Sequence record: SRR22947727_962
Length of the DNA: 32,397 bases
Strand: one strand, 5' to 3'
Position numbers and translations under genes: made by a program. The notes under the pieces were generated by a model. That model saw nothing but the letters and a program-made list of their open reading frames with translations, searched no databases and was not told the DNA's origin. Position 1 is the stretch's first letter. Every line of letters begins with the position of its first letter. Below are positions 26,875-32,397 of the stretch, in pieces.

Positions 26875-27387
26875 ATGAAACCTCTCCCCGCAATGAAAAC
26901 AGAAACTAAAATAGACGGATCTACGAAGCGGTCTCGAAACCGCCAATCGATCAAAAACATTAAGCGAATTGATTCCCCAAAAACCCACGGCTGGCAAGTT
27001 CATGTCCGGCGCGGAGGGGTTTTGAAGACAAAGCTTTTTAGTGACCGAATCCATAGCGGCAAAAAAGAAGCGCTTGAAGCGGCAAAAACCTATCGCGATG
27101 GCCTGCTTGAAGAAATGGCTGATCTTGCAAGGCCGCTTTGGAAAATCAAACGGACTTCCAGGACCAATACAGGTCACTTGGGCGTTAGTCTCACGAAGTA
27201 TGAAAATCAGTCCGGAAAAAAGCGCAAAGTCATTACCGTAACGGCTCGTGAAGAGCTCGGAAAAGCGGTGAATCGGAAATTTTCGGTGGATAAATTGGGG
27301 TATGAAAAAGCGGTCAAAAAGGCCGTTTCGTGGCGAGGCAAGGTGCTCAAAGATCGCGCGAAGCGGGAAAAGGATACCGAAGGTTAA
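26875..27387 (+). CDS. Basic protein with two AP2-like DNA-binding domains
   Basis: 'HGWQVHVRRGG...KLFSDRIHSGKKEALEAAKTYRD' and 'NTGHLGVS...RKFSVDKLGYEKAVKKAVSWR'; start 26875 or 26893. Confidence 0.75.
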   Translation: MKPLPAMKTETKIDGSTKRSRNRQSIKNIKRIDSPKTHGWQVHVRRGGVLKTKLFSDRIHSGKKEALEAAKTYRDGLLEEMADLARPLWKIKRTSRTNTGHLGVSLTKYENQSGKKRKVITVTAREELGKAVNRKFSVDKLGYEKAVKKAVSWRGKVLKDRAKREKDTEG

Positions 27388-27466
27388 AATCCCGAGATCG
27401 GTTCGATCTCGACTAGAGGTTTTTCTCTCGACATTAACGCCACCCTTGAGCAAATTTTGCCAAGGG

Positions 27467-28999
27467 ATGAATTGTCGGTCCGTTACTGCTACTTTTTTGC
27501 TTCGCTGTTGCTTTGCTGCCTTTGTTTTTTTGGGGCAGACAGGTTTTACGCAGGATCGAACCTGGGTCAACAATACTGGTAAAAAGCTTGAGGCATCACT
27601 CGTCAGCGCGGACAAGACGTCTGTAATCCTGAAATTAAAAAGTGGCAGCGAAGCAGCGGTTCCACGAGACCAGCTCAGTGCCGCCGACCAGAAGCATCTG
27701 AATCAATTGGAGCAAAAGGGCCTCACCTTTGTCGTAGGTGAAATGCCATCTGAAACCCAGACACCCCGAACGATCGAAGTCGAAGGCGGGCCGCGAGTAT
27801 TTCGGACGCCGCATTTCGAGTTCGAAACCGATCAAAATGTCTCGAAAGCCTTCATTTCAGAAGCTGCCCGGGTTTACGAAGGCACTTATTTGGCGATTCA
27901 GGGCCTACCCCTGGGTTTGAAGCTTTCCCCACCCGAAGGGGCGACCCATTATAGGGGGCTTTTTGTGAACGATCGGAATTTCGTAAGTCAGTTGGGGGAT
28001 AGCATCCCAAGCGTCCCGGGTCAGCGGGTAGCCGGCGTTTACATGCCGAAGCGGCGCAAATTGTTGGTTCCGTATTCCTCGCTCGGAGCGAAGGAGAACG
28101 GGAGCCAAATGACCCTTCGCCGGTCGAGTGATACCTCGACGTTGATTCACGAAATCACTCATCAAGTGATGCACGATTGGTTGCCCTTCATTCCGGTCTG
28201 GTTTGCTGAAGGAATGTCTGAATATATTTCGGCGGTGCCTTACCAAAACGGTCGATTTGAATTCGTGAATGCTCAACGAGGGTTGGAAGAACGATTGGCT
28301 TCGAAATATCGGGTAAAAGAAGGCGGTTGGATTGAGATGACTCGACCTTCAAAAATAATTGCGGGAACCCCTGCGGTAGTGCCCTTTAAATCGGCACCAT
28401 TTCCTAAACCTCGGAATCCCACTGATCTGGCAAAGCCATCAATCCAAACCCCGGAGTGGCGTGGGACGATTCTCGAATACCGCAACGCCATGTTGCTGAC
28501 TTACTATTTCATCCACCTCGATCGTAAGGAAGCCCCGGCCGCGCCCGTTGCCGCCTACTTGAAACTGGTCGATCACGCGCGGAATGAGACCGATACCTTT
28601 ATCGCCGAATACAATCAGGAGGTTGATCAATTTGAAGCGAAGCGGAATTCTTACAACAAAGCCGTTGGGAATTACAACGACGACCTCGAAGCGTATCGGC
28701 TGAAAGTAAACGGCTACAACTCCAAAGTGAAACTGTTGAATCAGCAAATCCTCGAGGGCGTTCCTGAAGTCGACCGAACCGATATCGGCAAACCTCCCGA
28801 GGAACCGGTCGCACCAAAAGTATTGGTGGTTCCTGATATGTTGAAAAAGCCCAGCACTTCAGGCCCCATCGACATCGTCAGCATTGTTCAAGAGCGCGCC
28901 AACCATGCTTTGTTTCGCGGACGTTCTCCTCAGCAACTGGATGCTGCCGTTGTGGCCGCCTTTGCAGAAATCGGGATCACGCTTGATCTGCAGGACTGA
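27467..28999 (+). CDS. Exported SHD1-domain protein with gluzincin-like (DUF1570-like) metallopeptidase domain
   Basis: SHD1-like 'RTWVNNTGKKLEASLV...VPRDQLSAADQ'; 'TLIHEITHQ...PVWFAEGMSEY'. Confidence 0.8.
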   Translation: MNCRSVTATFLLRCCFAAFVFLGQTGFTQDRTWVNNTGKKLEASLVSADKTSVILKLKSGSEAAVPRDQLSAADQKHLNQLEQKGLTFVVGEMPSETQTPRTIEVEGGPRVFRTPHFEFETDQNVSKAFISEAARVYEGTYLAIQGLPLGLKLSPPEGATHYRGLFVNDRNFVSQLGDSIPSVPGQRVAGVYMPKRRKLLVPYSSLGAKENGSQMTLRRSSDTSTLIHEITHQVMHDWLPFIPVWFAEGMSEYISAVPYQNGRFEFVNAQRGLEERLASKYRVKEGGWIEMTRPSKIIAGTPAVVPFKSAPFPKPRNPTDLAKPSIQTPEWRGTILEYRNAMLLTYYFIHLDRKEAPAAPVAAYLKLVDHARNETDTFIAEYNQEVDQFEAKRNSYNKAVGNYNDDLEAYRLKVNGYNSKVKLLNQQILEGVPEVDRTDIGKPPEEPVAPKVLVVPDMLKKPSTSGPIDIVSIVQERANHALFRGRSPQQLDAAVVAAFAEIGITLDLQD

Positions 29000-29855
29000 C
29001 CTCGCAGAGCGCGGGCTCGGAGTTCATACCCGTCTGGAACCGCTTTTCCAACAGATCAATTAAGCCCGGGTGGGTTGCAAAAAGATCGCTCATGTGAGTC
29101 ATTAGCGTGTCGTGCTGCCTTTCACCCGCTTCGCAGATTTCTGCGATATCACCACCGGGGCCGGCATGCCTGCCGGGAGAAATGAACAGCATGGATAAAA
29201 CCACATCGTTTTCGAACCCGGGACTGCCGAGTAAGTTTTCTAAAAGCGGTTCGTTGAAATCGTAGGCTTCACCCTCTCTTCTCTCCATCGAGGACGCCTC
29301 TACCTGCGACGTCTCCGCAGCGAGAATCAACTTCAGTTGATCCGCCAAAAAATTACGGACTCGGTTTACCGCGATTCGAGGAGTCCCATGATCTACCAAC
29401 GTTACTGCTGGTTGATTCAGATTTTTCTCATCAATTTTTTTCCGGACCAAATTCGCGAGGATTTCGGCAACCCCGGTGTCATCGACGTTCTGCAAATCGA
29501 CCATGCAAGGTGCGAGACGAATCTCCAAATCATCCCAGCCTTTTCCCCGCATCTCGACTGCTCGTTGCGGCAAATACTCATAAATCGCAGCGCTATGGCC
29601 AAAAAAAAGCGGAACGATCAGGAAGGAATTCGTTCCGTGAGCTTTCCGCTGTGCCTTGATGAACGGCTCAAAAATCTGAGCTGGTTCTCCGTTTAGCTCG
29701 GACGGATCCACTTTCGTTGAATGCAGCAGCGATACGGGATTCACTTTGTGCCCCACTTTTTCAGAAAGCGCCGCCGCAATTCGTCGAAGGCTCAGAGTCG
29801 CCTGCGCACGGTGGGAACCATTATCTACCAGTAAAATACAAGGAGTCTCGCTCAT
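28977..29855 (-). CDS. CbiX/SirB-family class II chelatase (two-domain)
   Basis: 'LLVDNGS...IVPLFFG' and 'LVDHGT...MLFISPGRHAG...GDI'. Confidence 0.85.
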   Translation of the reverse strand: MSETPCILLVDNGSHRAQATLSLRRIAAALSEKVGHKVNPVSLLHSTKVDPSELNGEPAQIFEPFIKAQRKAHGTNSFLIVPLFFGHSAAIYEYLPQRAVEMRGKGWDDLEIRLAPCMVDLQNVDDTGVAEILANLVRKKIDEKNLNQPAVTLVDHGTPRIAVNRVRNFLADQLKLILAAETSQVEASSMERREGEAYDFNEPLLENLLGSPGFENDVVLSMLFISPGRHAGPGGDIAEICEAGERQHDTLMTHMSDLFATHPGLIDLLEKRFQTGMNSEPALCEVSPADQA

Positions 29856-29905
29856 GGAAAAATTTATACCCTTACGCTACGACTCCCAGTAGATTTCGGG
29901 CCATG

Positions 29906-29949
29906 TCGATCGAACCCTGTTGATTCGTCGGACATACCCTATTGATTCG
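29906..29949 (-). repeat. 22-bp-unit dispersed repeat, locus E (2 tandem units)
   Basis: Minus strand CGAATCAATAGGGT-ATGTCCGA | CGAATCAACAGGGT-TCGATCGA. Confidence 0.85.
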
Positions 29950-29961
29950 TGAAAAGCGAAA

Positions 29962-30918
29962 TCAGCCACCGAATTGAGTCGGCGAATCCATCCACGCTTT
30001 GAAGTGAAACTTGTCCATTTTGTGCGCCCACAAAAGGCCAACCGTGATTGCCCCTGAAAGCAGCGTGCAGATAATAATCAGCGGCTTCTGCATCAACTGC
30101 TCAGGCTCAAGACGAGCACCAACCTCTGACATTGCCTGATTGAAATAAGCGATGATTGCAAAAATGATCACCGGGAAAACGAGCGCTAAATTGTTGAGCG
30201 ACTCGTAATTCGAAATCGCGTAACCCGCACAGAAACAGAAAAAGTTCGCGTAAGTGATCATCGCAATAATCAGCGACGTATTGGAATACACCTGAAACGA
30301 TTTCCGATACTGACCGCTGAGTTCCTTGTTGTTGATGAAGCGATATTCGGAGTAGCGCTTTCCAGTCATCAGAAGTCCACCAAATGCCCACCAAGCGAGA
30401 ACGATCGATGCAGGGGGTTGAGCTGTTGTCTCAAGAACCGCGTACCAACCAAGCCAAAGGCGGATCGGATTATTAAAGGATTCCGCAATAACGTCGAGAA
30501 ACGCGCGATCCTTCAAGCGAACCGGCTGGATATTGTAGACCAGTCCACTGATTGCCAAAAGAGCGAGAGCGATGTGGTAGCCCGGGTTTTTGAACCACCA
30601 GAAGGCGAGAGCGAAGCCAACAATGAGGCAACCAACAAACATCGCCCATAAAATGGGGAGTTTGACGAGTCCTGCAGGAATCGGGCGCAGTTTCTTCGTC
30701 GGGTGAAGTTTATCGAACGGAGCGTCGAGAATTTCGTTCAGAATGTAGTTTGCGGAAGCGACCAGACAGGCCGGAATCAGCGAGAGAACCGCTATTTTCA
30801 CCACGTCACCGGTGATCTCCATGTCCAAAACCAACACAACCGCGACCGCGTGGCCGAAAACGATGAATATGTTTTTTAACCAGTGGTCAATGCGGGCGAC
30901 TTTAAGATATTCGATCAT
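29962..30918 (-). CDS. UbiA-family prenyltransferase (decaprenyl-phosphate phosphoribosyltransferase-like)
   Basis: 'RIDHWLKN', 'SANYILNEILDAPFDKLHPTKKLRPIPAG', 'GKRYSE'; multiple TM helices. Confidence 0.9.
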   Translation of the reverse strand: MIEYLKVARIDHWLKNIFIVFGHAVAVVLVLDMEITGDVVKIAVLSLIPACLVASANYILNEILDAPFDKLHPTKKLRPIPAGLVKLPILWAMFVGCLIVGFALAFWWFKNPGYHIALALLAISGLVYNIQPVRLKDRAFLDVIAESFNNPIRLWLGWYAVLETTAQPPASIVLAWWAFGGLLMTGKRYSEYRFINNKELSGQYRKSFQVYSNTSLIIAMITYANFFCFCAGYAISNYESLNNLALVFPVIIFAIIAYFNQAMSEVGARLEPEQLMQKPLIIICTLLSGAITVGLLWAHKMDKFHFKAWMDSPTQFGG

Positions 30919-31067
30919 GATTCTGCGATGCCTGTTTGGGTCCCGGAAAAAGGCCGCATTCGTAACCCATCGCGTTTCAGATCACAACTCAGTTTTTTGG
31001 ATTGCGTTCAGGGCTTGAGAGACGCCAACACCCGTGTAATTTGCGGGGTTCTAAACGAGCGCCTCAC

Positions 31068-31139
31068 GTCCCCGTAGTTCAATGGATAGAACAAGGGTTT
31101 CCTAAACCTTAGATGCAGGTTCGATTCCTGCCGGGGATA
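31068..31139 (+). tRNA. tRNA-Arg(CCT), CCA not encoded
   Basis: Acceptor GTCCCCG/CGGGGAT; D-arm GTTC-AATGGATA-GAAC; anticodon arm AGGGT-TTCCTAA-ACCTT; T-arm GCAGG-TTCGATT-CCTGC. Confidence 0.96.
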
Positions 31140-31154
31140 TTGCTATTCTAAGTA

Positions 31155-31183
31155 GGGAGCTGTCGGTTCGACGGTCCCGCTTT
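31155..31183 (+). terminator. Hairpin after the tRNA (weak terminator candidate)
   Basis: GGGA-G-CTGTCG-GTT-CGACGG-TCCC followed by GCTTT; T-tract is short. Confidence 0.4.
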
Positions 31184-31209
31184 ACGCCAGTCTGATTCCG
31201 AGGTTTATC

Positions 31210-31237
31210 TTGCGGCTTCTGTAAATTCCGGCATACT
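31210..31237 (+). promoter_or_regulatory. Candidate sigma70-type promoter
   Basis: TTGCGG-N16-CATACT, ending 21 nt before ATG 31259. Confidence 0.35.
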
Positions 31238-31258
31238 GAAATTATCAAAATTATCATT

Positions 31259-32397
31259 ATGATCCGTATTTTTAAGTTTTCCTTACTTCTTGCCTCGATC
31301 TGTTTTGGTTTATCTGCGAAAGCGGATCACCACGAAAAGGTACTTTTTAAAGAATTGGTGACTCCGATTCTGGAAGCGAAGTGCATCGGCTGCCACGGAG
31401 CAGACAAGCAAAAGGGCAAACTTCGACTCGACACGATTGAAGCCATTCTAAAAGGCGGCAGCGAAGGACTCGCCGTGGTAGCAGGAAATGTGACGGAAAG
31501 TTCCCTGATCGAACGGTCGCTTTTGCCAATCGATGACGATGAGCACATGCCGCCTGAGAAAAAGCCGCAGCTTACGAAAGAGGAAATTGCGGTATTGGAT
31601 TTTTGGATTCGATCGGGCGCGAAGACAGACGCGACCATCGCCCAGCTCAAGCCTTCTGCTGAAGTGGACGCGATGATCAAGGTCGTGATTGCAAATCCAC
31701 CGAAAGGCGCTCAGGCAGCTGCCGTCGCAAAAATTGATCCCGCTAAGCAGAAAGCGGCGGAAGCTGCGATTGGCAATGTCGAGAAAACCGGCGCATCGCT
31801 CATGGCAATCGCGCAGGACACGCCGGACCTTCGGTTTTCGGCGTTGAATGTGGCTCGTGAATACGGGGATAAAAATCTCGAAGTGCTCAAGCCGGTTGCT
31901 GATCAGGTGAAGTGGATGGATTTGGCGCGGACTCAGGTAACGGATGCGGGCATGGCTCATGTCGGGGCGATGAAAAACCTGACGCGGCTTCATTTGGAAA
32001 ATACCAAGATTACCGATGCGGGGCTCGATCATCTGAAAAATTTGGGTGAGTTGGAGTATCTCAATCTCTACGGAACGCTGGTTACCGATGCAGGAATCGC
32101 GAAACTTGCCGGTTTGAAGAAATTGAAAAAATTGTTCGTTTGGGAAACCAAAGTGACTGATGCGGGTGCGAAGAAAATCAGCGCTGCAATTCCCAGTGTA
32201 AACGTTAACACGGGCTGGAAAGAGCCTGCCCCCGCAAAACCAGTCCTTGTTGCCGCTGTAGCGCCGGCGCCCGCGAAAAAGCTTACCACTCCACCAGCGA
32301 AGCCGACTACACCGCCCGCAAAACCAGCACCAAAACCGGCGGCACCAGCTCCCGCTGCGAAACCAGTAGCTTCTGCGACGGGCGTTCCGGCATTGGA
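31259..32397 (+). CDS. Planctomycete-type cytochrome c plus leucine-rich repeat protein (3'-truncated; absent from the ORF track)
   Basis: Translated by hand: signal 'MIRIFKFSLLLASICFGLSAKA', 'PILEAKCIGCHGADKQKGKLRLD...HMPP...LDFWIRSGA', LRRs 'LxxTxVTDAG', then a Pro/Ala/Lys-rich linker. Confidence 0.92.
   Translation, partial: MIRIFKFSLLLASICFGLSAKADHHEKVLFKELVTPILEAKCIGCHGADKQKGKLRLDTIEAILKGGSEGLAVVAGNVTESSLIERSLLPIDDDEHMPPEKKPQLTKEEIAVLDFWIRSGAKTDATIAQLKPSAEVDAMIKVVIANPPKGAQAAAVAKIDPAKQKAAEAAIGNVEKTGASLMAIAQDTPDLRFSALNVAREYGDKNLEVLKPVADQVKWMDLARTQVTDAGMAHVGAMKNLTRLHLENTKITDAGLDHLKNLGELEYLNLYGTLVTDAGIAKLAGLKKLKKLFVWETKVTDAGAKKISAAIPSVNVNTGWKEPAPAKPVLVAAVAPAPAKKLTTPPAKPTTPPAKPAPKPAAPAPAAKPVASATGVPAL

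Noticed and set aside
26857-27615. 252-aa minus-strand ORF
   Set aside because: Antisense to the AP2-like and SHD1 genes, which have recognisable motifs.
9562-29949. 22-bp repeat clusters as CRISPR mini-arrays
   Set aside because: At most two units per locus, only 8 variable nt between cores, and no cas genes in the window.
31068-31139. tRNA-Arg as an island integration site
   Set aside because: No duplicated tRNA 3' end, integrase or evident compositional shift in the window.
31327-32289. Minus-strand ORFs listed near the right end
   Set aside because: Shadows of the plus-strand cytochrome c/LRR gene.

Overview
A gene-dense, mostly housekeeping bacterial window, inferred to be Verrucomicrobiota (PVC superphylum). 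The inference rests on a PVC-type heme-binding CxxCH dehydrogenase, a planctomycete cytochrome c/LRR protein, an SHD1-domain protein, a sulfatase, and mcsA-mcsB-clpC without ctsR. Recognisable genes are hisS, upp, a GT4, rsmE, tcdA, clpC, mcsB, mcsA, ilvE, aroK, ssb, a CbiX/SirB-like chelatase, a UbiA-family prenyltransferase and tRNA-Arg(CCT). No integrase, transposase, CRISPR array or rRNA was seen. Four things the standard annotation does not explain: (1) a dispersed 22-bp-unit, imperfectly palindromic repeat family (core CGAWYCAAYAGGGT, 9 cores at 5 loci) that supplies the stop codons of hisS and tcdA; (2) a divergent SprT-like/PcfJ-like pair, both with beta-clamp-binding-like motifs, separated by an AT-rich spacer with an orphan terminator and a DnaA box; (3) a stand-alone tandem AP2-like protein opposite ssb, behind a C11 tract and (CGGAGAGGG)n repeats; (4) an alpha/beta hydrolase split by one in-frame amber codon. 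All calls are by eye; no database searches were run.
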